Shown here: one piece after another, positions 38,991-49,089 of the stretch
Layout of the letters: the number at the start of each line of letters is the position of its first letter
How positions within the stretch are numbered: the stretch's first letter is position 1
NCBI GenBank assembly: GCA_963727775.1
Contig: CAVSHB010000001.1
Span: 128,001-192,000, forward strand
DNA length: 64,000 nucleotides
Direction: 5' to 3'
Source of the DNA: an uncultured Nitrospiraceae bacterium
GTDB lineage: Bacteria > Nitrospirota > Thermodesulfovibrionia > Thermodesulfovibrionales > SM23-35
The notes under the pieces: model-generated
Seen by the model: the letters and a program-made list of their open reading frames with translations, nothing else
Told to the model about the DNA's origin: nothing
The model's database searches: none
Translations under genes and position numbers: made by a program

Positions 38991-41900
38991 TTAATGATCC
39001 AAGTTCATAAAACTTATAATCTCCTTTTCTAAATCGGCATAAATTTCATCAATGGCTTTCTGTATCTCTATGGTCTTCTGAATTGCAGTCACGATCCGGC
39101 AATAGGTTTGTATTTCATCAAGGGACAAAACCCTCTCTTTCCTGTCCTTCAGCCATTTATCACAGACCTGATAACCACCGATTTGATAGCTCCATGCTTC
39201 CCGTGATATGTTTTCAAAGTATTGCTCCTTATTGATATACACACGGCCTGTAACCCCTCCTTCGCCTCCCCTTAAATTAAGGGGAGGGTGGGTGGGGTTA
39301 TATTTCGGCTTATCAACTCTGTTATCTCCCTTTCCCTGAAACCGTGCAACAGGAGAATCAAGCTCCTGTGATTTTAGCAGGTGAAGGTTAACAAGTCTGT
39401 TTCCGTATTCAGACATCTTCTTGAATAGCTTATAGTCCTTAGTAAACGGCACTCTCGGAAAGTCTATCTTCAGGAACTCTGCATATTTTATCCTGTACGT
39501 CTCTGAATATAGAACAGCATATATGTAATAGAAGATTTCTTCAGGGGATATGTCTTTCTTATATGCTCTCGATAAGGATTTAAATATTTCAGACTTTATG
39601 TTCGGCTCTCTTGTCTCTCCATCTGCATGAAATAAGCCCTTCTTTTCTTTTAAGGAATAAAGATACAAAGGGAAAAAATAAGCATTATCCCGTGATGATA
39701 ATATAGTTTTATCTGTTATGAATTGTGATGCATAAATGTGCTTCCATTCAGGGTCTCTTAATCGTCTTGTCAAAGATAATCCTAAATTATTACTAAAGAA
39801 GTTCTGCATGATTTCAATTCTGTCTCTGTCAATAATGAACGGTAAATAGCAGATACTCCTACTATCAAAGGGGCGGTATGCATAGGTACGTATATGCTCT
39901 ATCCAATTGCTGTTCTTAACAGATTCTCTTGCACTCCCTATTTCAAAATCTGTTGTGGCTTTTAATTCAAGAGACTGAGCAACTAAGTCATCAGGTAAAT
40001 CACCTGTAAATATTCTCATCCTTTGTTTGATTCCTTCATCATCAAAACCGATTACAAAATGGTCTCTATGCGTTGTAACTCCAAACGAATCTTTCTCGAA
40101 TATTTCAGATATTGGGACAAATTGCTCGTATTGGGCTTGAAATGAAAAGTCTTTCTCGACAAAAAAGAAATAAGGCTCTATAGGTACCAGGATTTTCCAC
40201 TCTGTTGTATGAAAGTCAGATTTTCCTAAATAGCTGTATTTACTTTCTCTCAAACCGTGAACATCCTGATAGAAAACCCTGCAACCTTTTCCCTTCTTCT
40301 CTTTCTTAACGAATAGGGCAATGGATACACCCTGCTGAATATCAAAAACATTTTCATCCTTACTTCCATCAGGGGCTTTCTCTCCGATACGACTGTTACC
40401 GTGAAGATTCAGAATATAAATTTCATCGAAGCTATCAAGAAGCGTTTTCCTCATACCTCTGTGAATCAGTCCTGATAGATAGGAATTATTAGTTATCATT
40501 CCTATTATCCCTTTCCCGTCACGGTTAATCTTCCAATGTGCAAAACGGATGAATTTTATATAGTCATCAGACAAGGGCTGAATATTCCTTTCCGTTCTGA
40601 CATCCTGTTTGTAGACATTCATTTCATGTTCAATGAAAGCGGATTTATTAACTGAACTTACCGAATAGGGCGGGTTTCCCAATATTACTAATATAGGCTG
40701 TTCTTTCTTAACCTTTCCCGCAAGGTGCGATTCTTCAGACAGTGAAGCCATTCCCGGTAATTCTGTCTGTGCAAGTTCTTCCATCTCAAGGGTATTTGTG
40801 AGATACAGCTTTACCCTGTCATCCTTCTGCAACCTGTATCCTAATTCCTCAAGCAGGAAGGACATTTTCAAATGACCGATAGCATAGGGAGCCATCATTA
40901 ATTCAAAGGCATAGAAGTTTTTCAAGATATGTTCTTTGATGAAATTCTCCTTGGCTCCCTCTCCGTACTTCGAGACAAACTCATCAACTGCCAGTTTAGC
41001 GGTCTCTGCCAAGAAAGTTAACGTACCTGCGGCTGGGTCTAACACTGTCACGGTTTTGTCTGCGAATCCATCAGCTTTCTTAAACTGTTCCTTCAGGATG
41101 CTATGAACTGAACGGACTATGTAAGAAACGACAGGTTCCGGGGTGTAATAAACTCCCCTCATCTCTCTTGCCTTTGGGTCATACTGAGCAAGGAATGTTT
41201 CATAGAAATGCACAATAGGGTCTTTGCCCTTGCCCTCGTGAAAAAATTGATGTAACAGCTTGTGAATGTCCGTTACGGCAAGGATTTCTGATATATCATC
41301 GATAATCCATTCCATCTGCTGCGGTAGGTCTACAGACGATATAAACCTGAATATGTCTCTCAATATCCCTATGGTTTTTGGGATGCTTTCATACGCAAGC
41401 TTTCTGTTAAATCCGCTCTCTGAACGTGTTCGTGCCGCAAATAGTCCATAAGTAACGGTCTGCGCATAAAGGTCTGAAAATTCATCTTCTGTAAGACTGC
41501 TAATAAGATAATCTTTGAATGCCTTGTAGAATCCATGAATAACTCCCCCTTCGCCCCCTCTTAATTTAAGAGGGGGATGGGGGGCGTTATCCCCCGCCAG
41601 TGCCAAAGCGACTGTATCCTTTAGGAACCGTGTCCGTTTTGCAAGCTCTATTGCAAGGGTTTTTGCATCATAGACTTTCGGTATCGAGAAGGAAAAAAAC
41701 TTCTCAAATATCTGCAATAATTCAGCTTCTTTTTCTACAGGGGGCGCGGTCTTGATCTTACTTATCCAATAGGGTCTACCAATAAGGGCTTTATTAATCA
41801 ATACCCCATTACGGTAAAGCCTGAACTCAAGGAAATTGGTCAATATCAGATTAGGGAAAGTATGCAGGTATCTCTTTAGCTGTTCTGTATCCTCTATGCG

Positions 41901-42149
41901 GTCAAGATTCTCAATGGATGGATCTTTAGCCTCTATGTATCCGGTGATATGCTGCTTTCCATCCCACACCCTGAAATCAGGGTTTCCGCCCTCTGTCTTT
42001 TTAGGAAGAATGGTTATATGGATTATTTTCTTTCCGGTAGAAGTGCTGTATTCACTAAGAAGGTCTTTAAGGACGGGATAGTAGCTTTCTTCCCGTGCAT
42101 CTCCGTGAATGCTTACGTCTGCAATCTGCTTCAAATAGGTTTTCAGCAT
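38991..42149 (-). CDS. Single-chain restriction-modification enzyme (PD-(D/E)XK nuclease, N6-adenine MTase, Type ISP-like C-terminal specificity domain; no helicase)
   Basis: NPDF...YIEAK, GVYYTP, DPAAGT, GNPPY, YRPFD, IDFPRVP, IGGYQVCDKWLKDRK. Confidence 0.9.
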   Translation of the reverse strand: MLKTYLKQIADVSIHGDAREESYYPVLKDLLSEYSTSTGKKIIHITILPKKTEGGNPDFRVWDGKQHITGYIEAKDPSIENLDRIEDTEQLKRYLHTFPNLILTNFLEFRLYRNGVLINKALIGRPYWISKIKTAPPVEKEAELLQIFEKFFSFSIPKVYDAKTLAIELAKRTRFLKDTVALALAGDNAPHPPLKLRGGEGGVIHGFYKAFKDYLISSLTEDEFSDLYAQTVTYGLFAARTRSESGFNRKLAYESIPKTIGILRDIFRFISSVDLPQQMEWIIDDISEILAVTDIHKLLHQFFHEGKGKDPIVHFYETFLAQYDPKAREMRGVYYTPEPVVSYIVRSVHSILKEQFKKADGFADKTVTVLDPAAGTLTFLAETAKLAVDEFVSKYGEGAKENFIKEHILKNFYAFELMMAPYAIGHLKMSFLLEELGYRLQKDDRVKLYLTNTLEMEELAQTELPGMASLSEESHLAGKVKKEQPILVILGNPPYSVSSVNKSAFIEHEMNVYKQDVRTERNIQPLSDDYIKFIRFAHWKINRDGKGIIGMITNNSYLSGLIHRGMRKTLLDSFDEIYILNLHGNSRIGEKAPDGSKDENVFDIQQGVSIALFVKKEKKGKGCRVFYQDVHGLRESKYSYLGKSDFHTTEWKILVPIEPYFFFVEKDFSFQAQYEQFVPISEIFEKDSFGVTTHRDHFVIGFDDEGIKQRMRIFTGDLPDDLVAQSLELKATTDFEIGSARESVKNSNWIEHIRTYAYRPFDSRSICYLPFIIDRDRIEIMQNFFSNNLGLSLTRRLRDPEWKHIYASQFITDKTILSSRDNAYFFPLYLYSLKEKKGLFHADGETREPNIKSEIFKSLSRAYKKDISPEEIFYYIYAVLYSETYRIKYAEFLKIDFPRVPFTKDYKLFKKMSEYGNRLVNLHLLKSQELDSPVARFQGKGDNRVDKPKYNPTHPPLNLRGGEGGVTGRVYINKEQYFENISREAWSYQIGGYQVCDKWLKDRKERVLSLDEIQTYCRIVTAIQKTIEIQKAIDEIYADLEKEIISFMNLDH
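39251..39300. repeat. 50-bp palindromic element (copy C), in frame inside R-M gene
   Basis: TAACCCCTCCTTCGCCTCCCCTTAAATTAAGGGGAGGGTGGGTGGGGTTA; minus strand encodes NPTHPPLNLRGGEGGV. Confidence 0.92.
41540..41589. repeat. 50-bp palindromic element (copy D), in frame inside R-M gene
   Basis: TAACTCCCCCTTCGCCCCCTCTTAATTTAAGAGGGGGATGGGGGGCGTTA; minus strand encodes NAPHPPLKLRGGEGGV. Confidence 0.92.
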
Positions 42150-42234
42150 TTTGCCTTATAGAATATACAATTCAGATGCATAAATAAAGTAAAGTGAAGA
42201 AAATGTGGTGGGCTAAACCATTCAGTTACAGGTA

Positions 42235-42288
42235 GTAGCCGCAACCTTTTGGGTTGCGTCATGAATGCAGGCTAACGCCTGCGGCTAC
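42235..42288. repeat. GTAG-family REP doublet (REPIN-like)
   Basis: GTAGCCGCAACCTTTTGGGTTGCG-N8-GCAGGCTAACGCCTGCGGCTAC: two inverted REPs, each with its own hairpin. Confidence 0.8.
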
Positions 42289-42336
42289 CAAAATTTCACC
42301 CCATATTAATCAAGGCTTTTTTCTGCTATTCGTGTT

Positions 42337-43062
42337 TTATTCTTCAACCCTGAATATTTTTTCCTTAGGTAGTCCGTTAAGCAGGTTTTTTAACGCTATG
42401 TCCAGGATTCTGATATCTAATGACTCCAATGTTACCATTACGGAATAATCGCTATTATCAAGAACAGGGTAAGAGCCTATTTTAACGTTTGCATACCGTT
42501 TTACTATCTCGTTAAGAACAGGCGCTATCCTGGACTCGGATTCATTGATATAAACCTTTTTTATATATATCCGGGGCTCATTGAACAATTTTTCCATTAC
42601 AATAAATTTTTTCCTGAGCAATTGCGGTATCCCGGGAAAGACAAAGACATTCCTGATTTTTATTAGTGGAAGACCGAGTGTGCCGTCGCTGACCAGCTCG
42701 GCGCCGTAAGGGACTTCCGCCATCTTCAATTGTTCGGGAGAAAGAGTTCCCTGTTTCATTTCGATTATTTCTTTTAAAGCAGGATCAATGACCGGGTCAA
42801 CGTCGAAAGCTTTGGATATGCCTTCAATTGTGACGTCGTCATGTGTCGGGCCGATCCCCCCGGAAGTAAAGACGTAATCAAACCTGCCGGAAAAATCTCT
42901 GACCTCCGAAGCTATTTCATTAACAGAGTCCGGAATAACCGATATACGGCATAACTGTACCCCATGGTCCCACAGTTCTCGCGCCATAAAAAAAGAATTA
43001 TCATCCTGGACTTTACCGGAAAGGATCTCATCGCCTATGATGATTATCCCTGCTGTCTTCAT
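42337..43062 (-). CDS. CinA N-terminal / molybdopterin-binding domain protein
   Basis: IIIGDEILSG, SGGIGPTHDDVT, PGIP, IGSYP. Confidence 0.88.
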   Translation of the reverse strand: MKTAGIIIIGDEILSGKVQDDNSFFMARELWDHGVQLCRISVIPDSVNEIASEVRDFSGRFDYVFTSGGIGPTHDDVTIEGISKAFDVDPVIDPALKEIIEMKQGTLSPEQLKMAEVPYGAELVSDGTLGLPLIKIRNVFVFPGIPQLLRKKFIVMEKLFNEPRIYIKKVYINESESRIAPVLNEIVKRYANVKIGSYPVLDNSDYSVMVTLESLDIRILDIALKNLLNGLPKEKIFRVEE

Positions 43063-43670
43063 TTCTTAGTCAGCTTTTCCCTGAACCATCTCATTATGTC
43101 ATCGTATGACGGGGGAGTGATCAGAAATACCTCTATATCTTTAGGGAACTGCAGTTTTGTCCTGTCTTCATCTTTCATAATAAGGAGTCCCGCCTCTGCC
43201 TCAGCAAGATTGCTGTCAATAGTGTTCAGGATATGCTGAAGCCTTCTCTCTGAGAATTCGGTGTAAAATTCAAGAATCTTTGTAAACACTTCTTTGGTAT
43301 AAACAACCCTGAGACAACTGCCCCAGTCCGTATAAGGCCCCAGGATATTGTCATCCTCGATGGGTACCAACGTGCTGCCTTCCTCCAGTTTCTTTTTAAT
43401 GATCTGAGGGATTCGCTCGTTAATCTTCGCCCATATGTTTAAAGCCTCATCGCCCTGCCGGGAAATAATCTCACAAAATATTTTTTTTATCTTCCCTGCA
43501 ACCTCAATCTTTTCTATCTGGAGAAAGACTTCATCCCAATACTTGTTTAGAAGTTCTTTATAATCATCGGGAGCGTCTTCAAGCGGATAGATATTTGCAA
43601 CGCAATACAGTTTTCTTTTGCCGATAAAATCTTCGGCGCTCGGCCTGTTAATCTGTCCCAATTCGACCAC
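43059..43670 (-). CDS. Hypothetical cytoplasmic protein
   Basis: 203-aa ORF, AAGGAG RBS, ATGA overlap with the downstream gene. Confidence 0.75.
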   Translation of the reverse strand: MVELGQINRPSAEDFIGKRKLYCVANIYPLEDAPDDYKELLNKYWDEVFLQIEKIEVAGKIKKIFCEIISRQGDEALNIWAKINERIPQIIKKKLEEGSTLVPIEDDNILGPYTDWGSCLRVVYTKEVFTKILEFYTEFSERRLQHILNTIDSNLAEAEAGLLIMKDEDRTKLQFPKDIEVFLITPPSYDDIMRWFREKLTKK

Positions 43671-43692
43671 GTTCCATCACTCCTTTCTTTCT

Positions 43693-46047
43693 TCAGAATC
43701 CCTTGTCTTTCATCAGCAACTCAAGTCTCTTTTTTGCTTCCCCGCTTTTCGGATCAATGACCAATGCATACTTATATTCTTCGATGGCTTTGTCAGGTAA
43801 TTTCAGTTTCTCAAATAAATCCCCGGTAGACACCCTGATACCCGCGTCACTGGGAAGGAACTCCGCAGCTTTGCGCATGACCTTTACAGCTGCCCAATAA
43901 TAATTCTTCCTCAGGTAATAATTGTATACTTCATAAAAATACGACGGGTTTATTGTCTCTTCATTATTTATATACCGGAGGGCATTGAGATATTCTTCTT
44001 CAGCCATCTTATCTTTTCCTGTCCTGTAAAGATAACTTGCGAAAAGAAGATGCGGTTCCACCCTTTCCGGCAGTGAATTGAGGATATCCTCATCGCTTAG
44101 ACCGTTGAGCACCATAAGGGTTATATACTCTCTGGTTTTTTGGGGTTCCATAGATATTGCGGTCTTCACGATCTTTATCCCGGCATCCTTTTCTCCTCTG
44201 GAAAACAGCCACAAAGCATATCTCTTGTGCCTTGCAGGTTTGCCGGCGTCATATTTAATTCCCGACTGGAGCAGTCTGTCGGCAACCGCATATTGCTTCA
44301 ATTCCGACATAATAAGCCCGAGCCTCTGAAGATATTCTCCGTTAACGGGATCCAGCTCGACCGCCTTTTTATAATGACCGACGGCTGCGGTTTTATCTGC
44401 TCGGAATATTTCTATGTTTGCAACAGCGTACTGGTATTTTGCTTCCAGCGGATCAAAGAAAGACGCCATGTAGGCGCTATCCCTTGCAGAATGAATATCT
44501 GCGTTTGATATCTTTTCGTTCAGTTTTAGGTCCTTTATAGATGAAAAATACAATTTCCCTATGTTGATGCCGAGGGAAAATAGAATATCGAGTAATAGTA
44601 AAACAACCACGGAAATTGTCAGAATTCTTAACGGCACTTTCATTTTCTTCAGGTAGGTATCATTAAGCCCCTCATGCACCCTTGTGTTGGCCGCAGAAAC
44701 AGCCAGCCCTGCCATAAAGAAGAAATAGAGTCCGTTTGCGCCGATATTGAGATTAAAATCGGTGATGCCATGAATGAGGATCGAGATCATGCCTGTAACG
44801 GCGGCAATAAAGATATAAACGGAATACATCTCATGTCTTTTCAGATACGTTTTATATGATTTATATAAAAGTGAAAACAAGAACCATGCAAATATCAAGA
44901 AAGCGATAAGGCCGCCATTTGAAAGAAGCTCAATAAAATCATTATGGGCGTGCTCTACAATATTGTCTCCTTTTATCGTCCGATATTTAGGATAGATATC
45001 GATGAAGCTTCCAAATCCGGTGCCCGTCAAAGGGAAGTCTTGTATAATATGCGAACTGTCTTTCCAGATTTGCAGTCTCATGTCGGATATGTCCCCCTGC
45101 TTATTTCTGACACTCTCAAATTTCTCAATGATAGGACCCCAACCGAACCATCCGACAGAAAGGACTATCAGAATACAGATAACAATAATCAGCACGCCCC
45201 TCCTTTTGTCCGATCCTTTGGCAAGAAACATCATACCGAAAACGATCATCGACAGGCACAGGCTCACGATGCCGCTCCTTGAGAGGGTTAGGAAAATCGA
45301 TGTGCCGATGAGTATGGAGGAAAAGCCGACGAGTATATAGATATTAGTGCGTTGGATATTAAAAATTCCCGTTATTTTGTCACGGAATGACTTGTATTTT
45401 AAAAAGCGCGGTTTATAAAACAGGAAAAGGCTTAATATCAAAGGGAAAAGCATCCCCATAAGTCCCGCATAATGATTGCGGTTCGTATAAGGCCCGAACG
45501 GGGAGCCGCCCTGCATCAATTCCCTGAACCAGAAAATCTTATTATTAGATAGGAAATGCTGGATTATTCCGAACAGAGAGAGCAAAGAGGCATAAATGAT
45601 AATTATGCCGATAGTCTTTTGCAAATTGTATTTTCTTGAAAGAAGCTGAACGGTCAGAACGTAAAAGACGGTATATGAGGCCATTCTTAAAAACTCGACC
45701 AACGTAGCTTTTTTATTAATTGAGATCGAGAGCCAGGCGGCGGGTTTATCTATAAAGATTGTTTCTCTGTAAAGGTTATATGTCTCCGGTGAAATAATTT
45801 TAATTATACCCGCCGGTAATGGAATGAGTTGCATGAGTATGTAAGATAATAAAAATATTAAAGGAACGATACCCGGGACCTCATAAATAAATAATTCTTT
45901 TCGAACGAGTTTTTTAAGTAAAAGCAAACAAAAGGCGGATATTGAAAAAACCTCCATAATGGCTATTGACCATGACTCAACACTTCCAAAAGCCAAAGGA
46001 GAAAATATTAGGATGAATATGAAGAGTATAAAAATGGTCCTGTTCAT
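43693..46047 (-). CDS. O-antigen ligase/Wzy_C-family membrane protein with C-terminal TPRs
   Basis: NRNHYAG, SRSG, GTGFGSF, HAHND, multiple TMs, TPR tail. Confidence 0.88.
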   Translation of the reverse strand: MNRTIFILFIFILIFSPLAFGSVESWSIAIMEVFSISAFCLLLLKKLVRKELFIYEVPGIVPLIFLLSYILMQLIPLPAGIIKIISPETYNLYRETIFIDKPAAWLSISINKKATLVEFLRMASYTVFYVLTVQLLSRKYNLQKTIGIIIIYASLLSLFGIIQHFLSNNKIFWFRELMQGGSPFGPYTNRNHYAGLMGMLFPLILSLFLFYKPRFLKYKSFRDKITGIFNIQRTNIYILVGFSSILIGTSIFLTLSRSGIVSLCLSMIVFGMMFLAKGSDKRRGVLIIVICILIVLSVGWFGWGPIIEKFESVRNKQGDISDMRLQIWKDSSHIIQDFPLTGTGFGSFIDIYPKYRTIKGDNIVEHAHNDFIELLSNGGLIAFLIFAWFLFSLLYKSYKTYLKRHEMYSVYIFIAAVTGMISILIHGITDFNLNIGANGLYFFFMAGLAVSAANTRVHEGLNDTYLKKMKVPLRILTISVVVLLLLDILFSLGINIGKLYFSSIKDLKLNEKISNADIHSARDSAYMASFFDPLEAKYQYAVANIEIFRADKTAAVGHYKKAVELDPVNGEYLQRLGLIMSELKQYAVADRLLQSGIKYDAGKPARHKRYALWLFSRGEKDAGIKIVKTAISMEPQKTREYITLMVLNGLSDEDILNSLPERVEPHLLFASYLYRTGKDKMAEEEYLNALRYINNEETINPSYFYEVYNYYLRKNYYWAAVKVMRKAAEFLPSDAGIRVSTGDLFEKLKLPDKAIEEYKYALVIDPKSGEAKKRLELLMKDKGF

Positions 46048-46119
46048 TCTTTCCTGTCTCTATGAAGAATTATATAAAATAGGGGAAAGAATTCACAGAC
46101 TTTTATCACATTTATAAAG

Positions 46120-48228
46120 CTATTTTAGCGATTTTTCTTTATCAGATGGATAGTAACTGTAATACTGATAATAGTATTGATCGCTCTTTTTAACATCAAA
46201 ACAGTTAAGCACAACGCCGAGAATATGCGATTCCATATCAGGCTCACCCCTGCCTCTTAAGTGTTTGAGCCCTCTTTTTACAATTTCATACGTCGTTTTC
46301 CCTGATTTTACTACCACTATTGTTCCGTCAACCATTTTAGTCAAAATAAGGGCGTCGGTGACGGTCATTAAGGGCGGGGAGTCCCAAATGATAACGTCAA
46401 ATTTTTCTTTCAGTATCCGTAATAATTCGTTCATCCTGTTGGATCCGAGGAGTTCGGAAGGGTTCGGCGGCACAGGGCCTGAAGGCAGTATGCTGAGATT
46501 TGTTATAGGCCTTTTAAAAATAGTTTCTATGTCAGGAGAAGCGCCCGCAAGATAGGTGCTTAACCCGCTTAAATTGTTGAGCCGGAATGCCGCATGGATG
46601 CGGGGCTTTCTTAAGTCGCTGTCGATAAGCAAAACAGAGTATCCGGACCGTGCGACGGTTATTGCAAGGTTAATCGATGTTGCGCTTTTCCCTTCTTCCG
46701 GTCCCATGCTTGTTATGAGTATATTTTGCGGAGGTTTCGCCGCGGAGGAAAGCAGAATAGCAGTCCTTATCGACTTGTAACTTTCCGCATATATGGATTG
46801 AGGTTCTCTTAGAATGATTTCTTCGATAGTTTCTTCCTTTGCATCCAATAAAGGCACTAACCCGAGAACCGGCAGTCCGAATCTTGTTTCAATATCTTCG
46901 GGAGATTTAATGGTATTATCAAGATATTCGAAAAAGAACGCCAGGCCAATGCCGCCGAACAGGCCGACAATTAAACCGATGAGAATATTAAGAGTTTTTT
47001 TCGGCTTTATGGGAGCCCCGGGTTTTTCAGCCTTTTCGATTACCCATACATTGACGCTCTTTATTTCTTCCGTAACGCTCTGCTCTTTAATCCGTTTGAC
47101 CAATGCATCGTAAAGCTGCCTTGTTGTCTCAACTTCCCTTGTCAAGACACCATATTGAATGAATTTTTCATTGAGATTAAGCGTCTCTGCCTTAATGCCG
47201 GACATCATTCTCTGCAGGTCCGCCTCATTTGACTTCGCCAACTCATATTCGTTTCTTATGGAACTGATGACCCTTCTTATTTCCTGTTCTCTCTTCTGTT
47301 GTAAAACCTTCAACTCTTCCTCGGCTTTTATCATTGCAGGGTGCTTCTTCCCGTACTTTTTTGAAAGCTCTTCAATATTCTGTTCCGTCTTCAAGACCTG
47401 GCTCCTTAAAGATTGTATAGACGGGTCTGATGTAATCGCAGGCAATGTCTCAGCGTCCTTTAAATTAGTGGAGACGCTCCTGACCTGGCTGTACAATGCT
47501 TCCATCTCTTTTCTTTTTGTTTCAGCCCTGATTAATTGGACATTGATCGCAGAGAGTTTCTCAGGAGTTATGGCTACTTTATCCTGAAGCGTAACAATAT
47601 TATTTGCTCTCATGTAGTCCTGTAAGGCCGTTTCCGCTTTCTGAAGTTTATCTTTTTCCTCTTCAGCCTTTCTTGTCATCCATTCCATTGAGTACCGGGA
47701 AGTGCTCATCTTCATTTCAAGGATTTCATCTATATACGCCTGGGCAACCGAATTTGAAACAAGCACGGCAAATTCGGGGTTTGTCGATACGAAACCCATA
47801 TTAACAATCTTGGTGTTTTTAACAGGGCTTACGACGATCCCGGCGTTTATGATGTCCGCAAGAATATCGGCTTTTGATTTTTGCATGCTTGCAGAAATTT
47901 TACGCCCTTTAAAATAAGATTCATATGTGTTTTCAAGCGAAAGCATTGTTACTACCTTCCGGGCCACAGAAGTGCTTTTTATAATCTGAAATTGGGTCTC
48001 ATAAAATTCAGGTTCATAAGGAGCGTAATAAGGGTACAGCATTGCAAGGTTCGCCGGTTCCACTTTTTCTATTAGGACTTTTGCTGACGCCTGATAAATC
48101 GGTGTGGATGACAAAGTTCCTATGACAACAATAACGGATACTATTATGAAGAAAGTAAGGGCCGTATACCTTCTTTTAAGTATAATCCTCAGGTAATCTC
48201 TTAAGTGAATCTCTTTTTCTTCGATCAT
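46120..48228 (-). CDS. wzc: Polysaccharide co-polymerase / tyrosine autokinase (Wzc/GumC)
   Basis: Two TMs, coiled coil, EEGKS, IDSDLRKP, WDSPP, Tyr-rich tail YYYQYYSYY. Confidence 0.92.
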   Translation of the reverse strand: MIEEKEIHLRDYLRIILKRRYTALTFFIIVSVIVVIGTLSSTPIYQASAKVLIEKVEPANLAMLYPYYAPYEPEFYETQFQIIKSTSVARKVVTMLSLENTYESYFKGRKISASMQKSKADILADIINAGIVVSPVKNTKIVNMGFVSTNPEFAVLVSNSVAQAYIDEILEMKMSTSRYSMEWMTRKAEEEKDKLQKAETALQDYMRANNIVTLQDKVAITPEKLSAINVQLIRAETKRKEMEALYSQVRSVSTNLKDAETLPAITSDPSIQSLRSQVLKTEQNIEELSKKYGKKHPAMIKAEEELKVLQQKREQEIRRVISSIRNEYELAKSNEADLQRMMSGIKAETLNLNEKFIQYGVLTREVETTRQLYDALVKRIKEQSVTEEIKSVNVWVIEKAEKPGAPIKPKKTLNILIGLIVGLFGGIGLAFFFEYLDNTIKSPEDIETRFGLPVLGLVPLLDAKEETIEEIILREPQSIYAESYKSIRTAILLSSAAKPPQNILITSMGPEEGKSATSINLAITVARSGYSVLLIDSDLRKPRIHAAFRLNNLSGLSTYLAGASPDIETIFKRPITNLSILPSGPVPPNPSELLGSNRMNELLRILKEKFDVIIWDSPPLMTVTDALILTKMVDGTIVVVKSGKTTYEIVKRGLKHLRGRGEPDMESHILGVVLNCFDVKKSDQYYYQYYSYYPSDKEKSLK

Positions 48229-48231
48229 GCG

Positions 48232-49026
48232 CTAAAAGAAACTTTCAGGGATTACGATCACATCATCAGGTAAGACAGGCTCGTCATTTTTTACCTTTTC
48301 GATGACCTCTTCAACCCCTTTGACCTTTCTGATAATTTTCACCCTGCCTTTTGACGCCTTATCGGTAAACCCTCCTGCCGCAGAGATTGCCTTCAGGACG
48401 GTTGTCTCCTCTTCATATTTATAAACGTCGGGCTTCTTTACTTCCCCGGTTATGTAAAAAACCCTTGCTTTTGGTATATATACATTGTCCCCGTCCATTA
48501 TTAGGGTGTCTTGAGTCGTGTCGCCTTTTTCAATCAACTTCTTCAGATTAACCGTAATAATATTTTCGCTGGTGTCGGAAGGATTGGATTTCCTCTTGAT
48601 TATCGCCCTGTCCCCTGCGTCTTTGGTAAGGCCTCCCGCTTCTGAAAGCAGCGCAAGAAATGTAGTTTGCCCCGGGAGCACGCAGAGGCCGGGTTTGTTC
48701 ACCTCTCCCATGATAAAAGCTTTCTTGCTTCTGAATTCCTGGATGAATATATTCACCTGCGGATTAACAACGTAACCGTCTGAAAGGCGAGCGGCTATTT
48801 TCTGTGCAATCTTTGACAGTGTAAGTCCTTTAACTTCAACCTGGCCTATCAGCGGCATGACAATAACACCGTCGCCGCTTACCCTGGCCGTGGTTGTTAA
48901 ATCATCGTTGTCGTATACGGATATTTTTAGTACATCCCCTTCGCCTATGATGTAGTCCTGGGCAAAGGAAGCGCTAACTATACAGAAAGTCATAATAAAT
49001 ACATAAAAGAAGAAAAACTTCTTCAT
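48232..49026 (-). CDS. Short periplasmic OPX (Wza-like) polysaccharide export protein with SLBB domains
   Basis: DYIIGEGDVLKISV, PLIGQV..GLT, NPQV, AGG, C-terminal IPESFF; type I signal peptide. Confidence 0.88.
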   Translation of the reverse strand: MKKFFFFYVFIMTFCIVSASFAQDYIIGEGDVLKISVYDNDDLTTTARVSGDGVIVMPLIGQVEVKGLTLSKIAQKIAARLSDGYVVNPQVNIFIQEFRSKKAFIMGEVNKPGLCVLPGQTTFLALLSEAGGLTKDAGDRAIIKRKSNPSDTSENIITVNLKKLIEKGDTTQDTLIMDGDNVYIPKARVFYITGEVKKPDVYKYEEETTVLKAISAAGGFTDKASKGRVKIIRKVKGVEEVIEKVKNDEPVLPDDVIVIPESFF

Positions 49027-49089
49027 ATAATAATTATAAAATAAGAATAGAATTAAAGAAAGAGACTCAGGTGTTGTCAAAAAAATGAG

